From NCBI GenBank assembly GCA_030265395.1, contig JARFYF010000063.1:26433962-26497961 (forward strand): a DNA stretch of 64,000 nucleotides, in the 5' to 3' direction. A program made the translations under genes and the position numbers. The notes under the pieces are model-generated. The model did not search any database, was not told the origin of the DNA, and saw only the letters and a list, made by a program, of their open reading frames with translations. The stretch comes from Rhina ancylostomus (lineage: Eukaryota). Positions within the stretch are counted from its first letter, which is position 1; each line of letters starts with the position of its first letter. Positions 52,139 through 64,000 of this stretch are shown in pieces.

Positions 52139-55100
52139 ACCCAATAACTTCAGTTTTTCCTTGAAGCCACACTTGAACCATTGTTGCCTTCATGTCAAAG
52201 GCTGTCACTATGACATCCCTGCTAGAATTCAGCTGTTGTGAACATGTTTGGCCCTAGATTGTAATGAGGTCTGGAACCAAATGGTTCTGACAGAATCCAT
52301 TGGGAATTTTGGTGAGCAGGTTGTTGTTGAGAACGTGTCACTTGATATCACTGTTGATAATGTATTTGATTTATTTGCTAATGGAATGGTCATTGGTTTG
52401 ATAAGTCTTGACCTGCTTTTCACGGGCAGGATATACCAGGGCAGCTTTTCCTACTGCTGTAGCCTGGTTTAACTTTCAACTTGGTCATACCTTGTCATAT
52501 GACTGCCCCATGATCATAAGACAGGACTCTCTGACCTACTCCCCCTCCCCCACACCAGTGTTTACAGGAGCAACTGCTGGCACATACCAGCACCTAGCAT
52601 CAGCAAGTTGACAACTTCCTGGCAAGTCAATGCTGCTTGGTACTTTGCTGTGGCACTGATCTATCATGGAGATAATATCCAAGCAGAATCTCATGGCCTT
52701 TGCATCAGTGGACACCCTCTGTAATCAGCAATCTAGGCAGCCCCAATATAAGTCAGTGCATCTGGACCGTTGAATGGCAAGGAGGCCTTTGATTCAGTGA
52801 GAACTCTGGAAGTTTGGGGTCTCTGGTTTGGGAAAATACAAAGAGAAACAGCAATTATACACCAAAAAATTCCTAAAAGTAAACACACTTGCCTTATGGG
52901 TTTGTGTTAAGGGCAGTAGCATACAGCACTCACATTCATTCCAGGATTATGCAGAACTGATTGATCTAAATTCAGGTCACTGAACCTAGGGAACTATATC
53001 AATATTTGTATTTTTATAATTAGCCTCAGCACTCCTGCACTTCAGAGAGAGAAAAATTAGGCAGTTCTCTTTTTTTTTTGGCCACCATCCAATAGTCCCT
53101 ATTAGAAATTGTGCTCGAGGACACTAGGTTGGGAAAGACTAGCGTTCAGCCTCACACGGGCAAAGAGGCCACACAGAATCATCGTTTAGCCACAGTCATA
53201 ACATCTGGGGTACTTGGGGGCTGATGACTGTTGTGGAAGTATATCTCTGCCATATATTCAGTAGAAGAAAAATCAGGAATTTGTAAGTCTCAGAAACCTT
53301 TAGGATCTGGAAACCCATAAATGAAGTTGATTCACTCTTAAATTCAAAAAGACTGGAAAATAGTTTCCCCTCCTTTCTTTCATAAATTAGGTATGAAATG
53401 GGTGGGAGTGGTTATGGGGACAGGATTCAACTTGATGATATTACCAGTAAAGTAGTAATGGGCTCCAGTTGCCTTACTGGAAGAACCATGATAATGCTTG
53501 TTTTGGTTTTGCTTTTCTTGAGAACCATTATGCTAATTCAGGAATTATTTCCATATTTATGACAGCTAGCACACAAATACTTAATAATCAGTGCATAATA
53601 AGACCAGTAACATGGTCTTAAGCATACACGACCGATTTCTGTATTATACCGGATTCACCATCCAGCTAACTGTGATGGGCAAAGGAACTGAAACGTTGAC
53701 TCTGCTTCTCTTTCCACAGATGCCCAGTGTTTTCAGCATGTTCCATTTTTATTTCACTTCATATTATTTATAATTAATGAAATCATAGTAACAAATGAAC
53801 AAGTTCTTTGGAGTATGGGGAGCTTGAATCCAACTAGCCTAGGAATGTTTATTACTTACCCTAAAGTAAAACAATCACCCCAGTCTCCAAAATTTAGACT
53901 TATTCCCATCTGAGAGATTTGGACACAGGATGAAAGTTTGCTTAGGTTATATGTTACTATCCAAATTTCAATACTATTAAAACTCTTCAATCGTGGACTG
54001 TGGGTTACATTTAATTTTTCAGTCAGCTACAATAATTCCCCTATTTATGGGATAGATAACAAGTAAAATCCCCAGCAGTGTGTTCAGAAGCTCTTGGTTT
54101 TCTTTCAGTAAAAAGAATTTTGATTCCAATTATCTTTATAATGGCTTAGTAATATTAAGCCACTGTTCCCAACATCCCAGAATATGCCCTTCAGGAAAAA
54201 CACTCACAATTTCATTGCTAGAAATGAATCCTTTTACTGCTTTGCTCTCAATAAAAAGAACTTTCCCCCAATAATGTCTTCTCCCACCTACTAATCGAAG
54301 ACCCAACCCTAACCATAGGATAAAATCAAAAGTACCAATTGCTACTCCTCCCAAGTCATAAAAAAGAAAGTGGTGGAACAGTGCAGGTAAGATCACAGCT
54401 TCAGTTTTTATTTCCACTAATGGAAATTCATTGAAGTTCTTTTATCTAAGCCTAGGCTTTCATATAAGAAATAGAAGTAAATGTGAAATTGCCCTTCTCT
54501 TTGAATAAACAGTCTTTTGGCATGTGACATGCATGAGAAAAATTTCCGGACAGCCTGTTTAAAAATTTAGACTTTCCAGTCCAAAACCATACAGGTGGCA
54601 ACCCAACAACAGGTTGTAGCCACAAAACCCTGGCAACTACAGTTCAGGTAATTTTGCTTGCTTTAAATTTATTAGTGAAAGGAATATTCTCAATGCCCAC
54701 ATGAGTGACAGGTCATTGGTCATGCTGCTAACTTAAGTTCACTCAGTGGTTAGACAAAAGGGCTTCCATTTGCACAGACCTGTGCTCATTTCAAGGACTG
54801 TTTTGATTTAAGGGGGAAGGAAAGGAGTAGTTTTCAAATCTTTTTAGTTAGTTTGATCAATTTGTAATGTTAAAGGGGGAAAAAAAAAATCAAAGGCCTC
54901 ACAAAGAAGTAAGTATTGTGTCAGGATTCTTTGAACTATTACTCCCTCAGACTTTAGTACTTGAGAACACTTTAGAAAAACAGGGGATTGGCTTTCCAGG
55001 GCTGCCTGAGGGAGCGCAGAGGACAGTTTGTGCTGAGCTTGCACTCATGTGGTGAGCATAACTGAAGTGGCCTGTGTCTACCTCTTAGTTTTAGATCCAG

Positions 55101-57002
55101 GCTTTTACCTTAGGAAAAAAATAAATACATTTCAACTTTGTACTTCTCCTTTAAAAGAAATCTGATGTTTCAAAACAAATATTACCCATGCATGAAAGAG
55201 TCACTGAGAACATTAAAGCCAACCTAATTACCTCCTGCTCACTACAGTACCACATTTAGCTAAAGNNNNNNNNNNNNNNNNNNNNNGGGCAGAGGAGGAT
55301 AGGGGTTGTTGTTGGGCCAGTGCGCGGGGGACTGCACAAACAATGAGAAAGACTCTGGACCAAGAAATTCAAGGGCCATTTTCCAGCAGTTCTATTTGGA
55401 AAGGTGCCTTCTTGGGCTCTTCAGCTCAAATCCACCAGTAATTGTAGGGTCAGTTGTAAAGCATGAAATATGGACTGGGGAGGAAAGCACCTGTGTCACT
55501 CCGAGTTTATCCCCAGTTCTTCCATCACTGTGAGCTTACACTCTAGTTCCTGCGTCACTCTGAGCTTCGCCCATCCCAGTTCCTGCACCACTGTGAACTT
55601 ATCCATAATTCCTGCCCATTCAGGACAGCTGGATAATTTGGCACCCAACTGGCATGAAAGAGTTGCCAAGGCACACCCCCTGGTGTGCTTCCAAAAACAT
55701 CACACCAATGGCCTACTTCTCACTACAGTGTAACCATGTCCTCTTTGCAGAAGTGAAGTAGTCATTATTCACCCCCAAAGTTGACATTCTTTAGAGCCCA
55801 AGGCCAGTTGCCTGACCTGGGAACCAGAGTGAGCCCACACACTCCTTGAGACCAGTAATCCTTGAGACTGGGCCTGAATGAGCCCATAATGTAGAAGATC
55901 CTTTCCCCTGGTTTCACTCCCAGGAACTGGCATGAGACCAGCAAGAGCCCAGAAATAGTCCTAAGAAAATTTATTATCTCCAACTGGTAGTCTCTTTGGT
56001 CATAAATGATGCCAATCCATGATTCTCTCACAACATTAACATTCTGTTAACTTCTGTAAGAAATTAATTTAGTTTTTGAACCTAAACATCAGTCAGAACA
56101 ACTACTGGCCAGATGACCATTTTACACAATTGTTCAAAGTTAAAAAATTAGATCCTTACATAATTTCAAGTAATGGCATTACTCTGGAAGTATTTCAACA
56201 TATTAAAACACTAAATTAATTTTAAAAAGTGAAATAATTATAATTGCTGTTGTCCAATACAGCCCTCATAGGGCAGTTAACAAACGTTTCTGCTATGTGG
56301 AGGGTCCCTGTTCTCAAGTGACTTACTTTGGTTTGGAAGGAAGGAAAAACACAAATTTTTTAACCTTTTTACAGCTGCAGTAAATCTCATGTATTTAGTT
56401 TACCAAAAGTGTTAACCCTCTCATAGCTGCAATCCTGTTTTGCCACCAAGCCTACTGTCAATTATTTCTTCATTTCCTCTGATAATCTTGGCAAAAAGGG
56501 AATAATCAGCAGCTTAAAAAAAACCTTCACTACATTCTTCAAATATATCAAGTTTGTGCACATTTTATTCCCGAGTTCTAATTCTGCAGATAGATTTACA
56601 GTGAATAATTTAATTAATGTAGAACAGATTACTTCAGTAAATTACTTTAGTAAGTTTTGCTCTAAGGACCATAAAGAATAACGGCAGTAGATCTGACAAA
56701 AAATATCATTAACCTTATCCCTACAGATGCTGCCTGACCTGCTGAGTACTTCCACCATTTGCTGTTCTTATTTACAAGAAAGCCAGTGGGTGAACCATTG
56801 TAAGCCTTAATAAATCCTGGATTAAATTATGTTACTGTGTACACACAGAAACCTAAAACCAGCAAAGACAGAGCCAACTCCAGGTATATAAATACATAAA
56901 AATTCAGCTGGAACAACGTAAGTGTATCATATTATAAGGGTCTGCACTGAAAAATACTTAACACAGGCTGCAATTTGCATAGGTTCTCACTGACCTTTTA
57001 AA

Positions 57003-57245
57003 ACTTTATTTATACAACATGGCAACAGGCCCTTCCGACCTAACAAGCCAGCGCCACCCAATTACACCCATGATAACCTACTAACCCATAGGTCTTTGGA
57101 ATGTGGGAGGAAACCAGAGCACCCAGAGGAAACCCACGCAATCATGGGGAGAATGTAGAAACTCCTTTCTGACAGTGGAGGGAATTGAACCCCTATCGCT
57201 GGCGCTGTAATAGTGTTATGCTAACCGCTGTGCTACAATGCCACC
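57003..57245 (-). mobile_element. Full-length HE1-like V-SINE, type-A (CR1-derived) tail
   Basis: ggaattgaaccc (reverse B box), tgtgggaggaaaccagagcacccagaggaaacccac (reverse V core), tail aacaggcccttccgacc. Confidence 0.88.
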
Positions 57246-58540
57246 ACAACCTGATATGTGATGCAAGCCTTTTCAAATGTTGCTTCAAATGATATTACTG
57301 CATAGTTGTGGATTAGGAATTTTCCTTCTTTTCGGGGAGTGGGGCAGGAGTTAAGCAGATTCAAGTACACACTTTAAAAAAAAATAAAGCTACTGTGTAA
57401 AAGGTACACTTCTGTTAATTTCCCATGCTAAGCTTTAATGACTTTTTTTTCTGAAATCGTCAGATATAATTGGTGGTGTGAATATCTCACACTCTTCCAA
57501 GGTGCAATTACTCTAATTTCAGTTTGCAACAGCTGCTTGCAGATGTTTGCCAAAGTGGACCAGCATAATAAGTCACCATCAAGTTTGGTGAGTATTCATA
57601 ATTTTTTTTTACACAGAAATATTTACAGTGTGGAAAGGATTTACATTTGAACGTTGTACTTTAAAACATGGAGGCCTTTGGTGTATAACATCCATGCTGA
57701 AACAAGACTGCATGGGGGACAGATGTCAATTTCCTGCAAAGCCATGGGTAGAAAGGCTGACATGCATGGCTCCCTTTTATTTTATAGTTGATTGTGACAG
57801 GGATGCCCTCGAATTAAAGAATAATGACCAACAAGTTTATCCCAGTCAGTAGTGCTCAAAGTGAAATATAATATTTTTATATTTCATATTTCCATACAAC
57901 TCAGAAGGAGGCCATTGAACCCACCCAGCTTCTACTAGCTATAAAAGCAATCCCATCAAGACCACTAGCCATGTATCATCCTGCAATCTATTCTCTCATA
58001 CATGACCATTAACACCCTCAGTTCTCCCACCAGCCAACTTTATTAGGGGCAATTTACTGTAGACAATTACCCAAACAACTCCTACTTCTTCGGTGCACAT
58101 AAGAAAACTCATACGGTCAAAGGGAGAATGTACAAACCACATAAAGACAACACCAGAGGTCAGAATCGAACACGTGTTGCTAGAGCTATGAGACAGGTGT
58201 AGCGCAATGGCTGCACATCCTCCTCTGCTTCGATATTTGGTTCCATTAAAGTCAAAGGAACACAAGTTCAGAAGCAGAGTAGAATGGGGATGAATTTCTA
58301 GTTAACTTGACTTGCCTTATGGAAGGCCTCAGCACCATCAGGAACGAATTAAATGGTTAATTCACCTCTGGGCTCTAAAACAACTGGCCCAGATGGGGAC
58401 CAGTGTTGCAGATGGCCTTCACCATCTTGTTCCTAATTTAAGATTTGTGTTATTTGCAAAACACATATTCGCACTATAGTATTGCAATAATGTCATTAAT
58501 CATGCAATGCACATTGACCAATTTAAAACTTTACCTTATA

Positions 58541-58785
58541 AACTTTATTTATTCAGCACAGTAACAGGCGATTCTGACGCAACAAGCCCGTGTTGTTCAA
58601 TTACACCTATGTTAACCTACTAATCCATACGTTTTTGGAACATGGGAGGAAACCAGAGCACCCGGAGGACACCCATGCAGTCACGGGGAGAACGTACAAA
58701 CTGTTTACTGACAGCAGCGGGAATTGAAGCCCGATCACTGGCACTGTAATAGAGTTACACTAACCGCTACGATACCATGCTGCCC
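58541..58785 (-). mobile_element. Full-length HE1-like V-SINE, type-A tail
   Basis: Same layout as 57003-57245. Partial copies at about 25815-25903 (-), 31844-31905 (+) and an older one at about 57900-58200 (-). Confidence 0.88.
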
Positions 58786-58855
58786 GTATATTTCATTCCC
58801 TCAGTGTTTCATGCCCTCTGTGGTTTCCATATGTCAGTATGCCATTCACATACTG

Positions 58856-59160
58856 GGGCAGGCACGGTAGTGTAGAGGTTAGCGTAACGCTATTACAACA
58901 GCGCCAGCGACCCGGGTTCAATTCCAGCCATGGTCTGTAAGGAGTTTGTACATTCTCCCCATGTCTAGGTGGGTTTCCTCTGAATGCTCCGGTTTCCTCC
59001 CACATTCCAAAGACGTACAGGTTAGGAAGTTGTGGGCATGCTACGTTGGCAGCGGAAGCATAGCGACACTTGCGGGCTGCCCCCAGTACACTCTACGCAA
59101 AGATGCATTTCACTGTGTGTTTTGATGTACATGTGACTAATAAAGATGCTATCCTACCTT
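58856..59160 (+). mobile_element. Full-length tRNA-derived V-SINE, type-B tail
   Basis: A box (ggtagtgtagaggtt), B box GGGTTCAATTCC, V-domain core gtgggtttcctc..gctccggtttcctcccacattccaaagac, tail gatgcatttcactgtgtg..gtacatgtgactaataaag. Confidence 0.9.
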
Positions 59161-61524
59161 ACGTAGATGACCATGATATACTTTTCCAAACAACAGTATG
59201 CACACAATGGCACATAACTGCATTTACCAGGTGAGTTCCATGCGAAATTCTGCTGCAAATGTTATAAACACACTATAGCACATGATATAACTTCTAACCT
59301 AGAGCTCTAAACTTGTTACTGGGAGCAATGCCAACTTTACATAGAACCAGAAAATCTCTGCCACCTATCCTAACAATCAGATTTAACATTTCATTCAAAT
59401 GAAAACATTCTGACATAGTAGTGCTCCTTCACCACCACGACTGCCTGCATCAGTATTAGGAAAATACTCATTAGAGATGCAAAATTACAGTAAAAATACT
59501 AGGGATGAATTTTGTTTCCACCAGTAGCAAGAAGTGAATAACAACCTGGCTGCTTATTTAACAGCCCTTGCAATCTTCTTTTTTCTATTAAAGTCTCTGG
59601 AAAAGAAAAGCAACTGATCTGTTAGAAGAGCAATCAATTTTTTATTGTCCATTCTGCACTACCATCAAAGATCAATTTCACCCCCAGTAATCCTGACATT
59701 TGGGTTTAATTTTGTCAGGTAGTATTTCCCATCACTGGAAAATAAAGATAGAGGCCAGTGTGATCATTAGCCACAGAAAATAAGCTGACATTTGTAAAAT
59801 GCAAATGAAGTTGATTTAATGACAGAGACATACGTTAAATGGAGACATAACCTATATTAAACTGGTAGCGTTTATTATCATTGTTTAACTGACTGACTTC
59901 AAAAGAAGAGAGAACTTATTTGATAATTTGAAGCAGTGCAAAATGATTCAGACATGGAACGCATNNNNNNNNNNNNNNNNNNNNNNNNNNNNNNNNNNNN
60001 NNNNNNNNNNNNNNNNNCATAAATTCTGTTACATAAGATAAATATGCAAAAGTCTCTTTGACTTTAAGATTTGCCAGCTGCAAAAATACTATACAGATGA
60101 GTCCCTGTAACTGAAGAGCTGCTTGGAGACCTGGGGAGTTTTTCTGATATCCATTATGACCACTCTGTGCAGCATGTCATTTCAGAGTGCACTAATTGCT
60201 TTTAAATTAAAAGCCATCATATGACAAGCAGTGGAATGGCAGCAGCAGTAAAAAGGTTCAGTAATAGCTCACATCAAACTGTGAGGTCTTAAAACTGAAA
60301 CAGAATTCAGAATAAATGAAGGCTGATTTAACTCCCGTGCATGCACAAGGCTAAAGCAAGGCAGTTGAATGTCTGTGTGCAGCACTGGGCGGACTCTAAT
60401 AACCAGGCCACAATTGTGCGGCCTTCCAATTTCCCAGTGAATAAATAGGCTTGTTGAACAACTGAAAAAAATGAGATGAAAGAAATAAACAACCAGATTT
60501 TCAAAAATAATCACAAATTAATTGTAACTATATAGCCACAGTTAAACAACAGAGTATCAATATTTTTGACTGATGTCAAATATTCCAAAGGAAAACACTT
60601 TGCTTTTATAATCTCAAATGATGTATTTAAAATCCACACCTATGTGTTCAAATATGTCTCCTGGCTTACCCCTCTCTGCAATCTCCTTCAATCTTATATC
60701 CTCTTGGGCACTGCCCCACCATAGACAACCTTGTGGCCTTTTATCAACAGATATCCCCAAGAGGAAAGAGGGGTTATTCTTTAAATTTTGTCATGTTGGA
60801 CACATAGATGGTGACTACTCCCCTATCAGTTCAGACCTACAGCAGAGAGATTTGGGCCAGAATAGGTACATCTAGTAAGTAAAAATTTTTGATTTTATAG
60901 TTTCTTGTAAGCCAGGTCTCCTTTCGTTCCTCAATTACTGCTTCTTCCCACAACCACCTCACTGCTCTCCCTGAAAATGTCAGGAAGCTCCACAACTCAT
61001 CACCTTATCCCACTCCCTGTCCAAGTAATGGCTGGGGGTTCCAAAAGGTTCCAGGATGCAGTATTCTGCCAGTGACTTACAGCACTTGCTTCAAGGTTCA
61101 GGCAGGATTCAGAAAAAATATACTTAACATGACCCAGTCCATGGACTGCAAATGGTTTGTCCAACCCCAGCGTCATTGCTTAACAACAAGAAGAAATGAT
61201 CTCTACAATCTCCAAAATTCTTTCTCCAAACAATTAAGCTTACAATTAGCTGAGCACCTATTTGTTGTCTGACAATCAGATCTGGCAGGGAAAGAGTTCT
61301 ACCTCTGTGCTGTAATACAATTGCTTGAATTTTGCAGTCAGTGGCAAAATAACCACACTTAAAGGGGCAGTTAATCCAAGCAGATGATTTCAATAATTGG
61401 TGACAAATTGTTTCCTTTCCTGGGGCTAGAAGGAACAGGATTACAGTGAGAGACAGGTGCTTCAGGTTTGTCCTATGTACCATCAATGCTGTAGCCATGC
61501 TTTAGCAGCCATCTCAGTGGCCGA

Positions 61525-61813
61525 AGATAAGATATCTTTATTAGTCACGTGTACATTAAAACACACAGTGAATTGCATCTTTTGCATAGAGTGTTCTGGG
61601 GGCAGCCTGCAAGTGTCACCATGCTTCCAATGCCAACATAGCACGTCCACAACTTCCTAACCAGTACATCTTTGGAATGTGGGAGGAAACTGGAACGTCC
61701 AGAGGAAACCTATACAGATACGGGGAGAATGTACAAACTACTTACAGACAGCAGTTGGAATTGAACCCAGGTTGCTGGCGCTGTAATAATGTTATGCTGA
61801 CCATTACACTTCC
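61525..61813 (-). mobile_element. Full-length V-SINE, type-B tail
   Basis: Reverse complement of the 58856-59160 family. Confidence 0.88.
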
Positions 61814-64000
61814 TACACTATCTAACTGGCGAATTGCAGCAAGCTGCGAATTTGGGATGTATACCTTGCACCAGGACGTGTTAATCAGGTTTGTGCTTTA
61901 AGACGCTTCAAGCTTCCCCTTGAGCCCAATGGGCAGAAAGAAGGGTCTCCACTTATAGGCCAACATTTAATCCTAGATATCTGCTAACTTTCCAAAAGCA
62001 ACATCACTGGAGATTTGCAAACCTTTATAATAAATAAATAAATAAATCTTACTGCAAGATTCTGATCCCTTAAGTTCTGTGCAATGCATCGTTGTGTATG
62101 CAAAAGCAATTGAAAACATTAAAATTTTACAAAGTAAATTTAAAGCCAAACTTGTCGAGAATTGACTGCTCATTTCTGTAAAGGAATTGGAACATGGGAA
62201 AAAGCTGCACATAACAAGGGATTAGTAGCTCGAATGCAACAGAAAAAAGCCAGACTATGCTTTGCTCTTTATAGCCCAATTATATACCGATAAGATATGC
62301 ACCATTCAGGTTTCAACCCAGTGCAATGATAAACTTACTATGAATAAGGACAATTTCCACTTCAAATCCTTTTACAAAAAAAGACTGGCAATGTGTGAAC
62401 AAAATACTAAAAGGGGTCACAGCAGCCTGAAGGGGAATAGAGCCTTTTTAAAAAAAAGATCATTGTGCTGGGATTTACAAAGAATCCACTGTTCTTCCTG
62501 CCCACTCAGCTGAGTTTCCAATGCCAGCCTACATTGTACCATTCACCATGGCGCTGGCCGGGTGCTCTGTGGTATGCCTGCCTCAAATCTCTGCTGGGTG
62601 TAGGAGATAAGTTTCTTCTCAACAACAACCTTCTTTGTTTGTGCAAAATAATTAAAAAGGAAAAAAAACAAAGTGGAATAGAAGACAAAATTTTACTGAA
62701 TGTAGCCTCACACACACAGCACATTTGGAATTAAGGCTAGCATTCCAAAAAAAGAGTTGTATTCATCAGATAAACTCTGCCCTCAGCAACATGATATATA
62801 AAAATAAAGGAAAAATATTATGTAAGAATACATTTAACTTATACATTCTCCATTAAACCTGCAGTATTTATTTTGCAGAAATGAATGGAAAGAGAGAATA
62901 TCTTTGTCTCTCACTAGGACATTCTGTTTCAGCAGCATCATCTCAATGTAATAAAATGCTTAACTTATAAGCCCAGAACAGTTGTGTCCCGAAGTTCAGT
63001 TGGTTCAATAGAACAGTATTATTAAGCCTGATCTTAAAAACCCTGAGGGGGCTAATTTGATAGTCCCACCCCAAAATGGGCAGCCACGATCAAGATGTAT
63101 GATTAACTCTCACCCGTTTAGTCGAATGTAGGCAGCATGCCAGTTTTGAGTTGTTTGCTCATTTCCATGATTGTAGCATCCAGCCAGCATTACTATGCTT
63201 TTAACTAGATGGACACATCAGCAGGGGACCAATATCTTGAGTGGCTACCAAGAAAAGCAGTTTAAATTGGCCTATGCCTCTTAAAGGGGAGGTGCAGTGT
63301 GAGTGGAGCAAGTGCTTGCAGGCACTTAACTACTAGCTTCAGCTGATTTGGGAAATTGTGAGCAATAGCACAACATGGGAAAGAGTGGGCTCTACTGGAG
63401 CCTTGAAAGAGGCAGCAAATGTCTTGTAGCTACAAGACAATAGGAGTATCTCCAGGCAAATACTCAGAAAATAGCAGAAACTGATAACCCAGAAGTCAAG
63501 ATCCAAGGACCTCCATACAAAGTAAATCAGTAGTCTCAATAATCATGCACAAGAGGTTGAATGCACTGAATCCAACAGCAAACGACACACCCTACCACAT
63601 AGGCAATTGGCTCAATTCACCACATCCTCATCACTAACCTACCAACAATCTCTTTTGACATACCTATGGCCCAGCACACCTTCATGCACTCAGCAAATCA
63701 GACAACCACACACTCCACATCTCTCATACAACACATTCTGCCAGCTGAATAACTGTGATGACCACATCACCAAAAAGGTTGCACAGTGCTTGCTTCTTTT
63801 GAGGTGGTGTTCACTTTTGCACTGTAACCAAGAGAATGTTAGGATGCTGTTGTTCAGGGGAGAATTGGGAACTGTGCCAGCGCCGAGCCCATCACAGAAA
63901 CTCATACAGAAAGGGCTGCCTGGCTTCCGTCTTCCTTTACTCTTCTCCTTTCTGCTCCTTTTCCTCCAATCCTCATTATGTAGCTAATACCAAGTGCCTT

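Noticed and set aside
55290-56030. GC-richer stretch that may be a decayed L1/Tx1 element (also about 32500-33250 and 3720-4280)
   Set aside because: No motif clear enough to assign a family by eye.
58856-58930. tRNA gene
   Set aside because: A and B boxes are present but run directly into the V-SINE core, so this is a SINE head.

Overview
AT-rich, repeat-dense vertebrate DNA from a draft assembly with many N gaps. The repeat families (HE1/V-SINEs, SacSINE/DeuSINE-like, HER1/CR1, Rex1/Babar) point to a cartilaginous fish, probably a batoid (inference). The window lies inside one minus-strand gene, PLPP3 (PPAP2B/LPP3, phospholipid phosphatase 3). Canonical exons 2 (42069-41912), 3 (17576-17296) and 4 (13533-13476) have matching splice sites and phases; I did not find exon 1 or exons 5-6. 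Main discovery: a second intact exon-2 paralogue (43448-43294, 155 nt, same splice phases) sits 1.2 kb upstream of the canonical exon 2 and is absent from the ORF track. The two look like a mutually exclusive pair. The extra exon resembles the alternative (alpha-2) exon of the paralogue PLPP1, suggesting an ancient splicing switch kept in this PLPP3. The introns also hold a young Gypsy LTR, one SINE head with two LINE-derived tails, Penelope-like hammerhead relics and several hairpins/MITEs. Repeat boundaries are approximate, and homologue sequences were recalled from memory, not searched.
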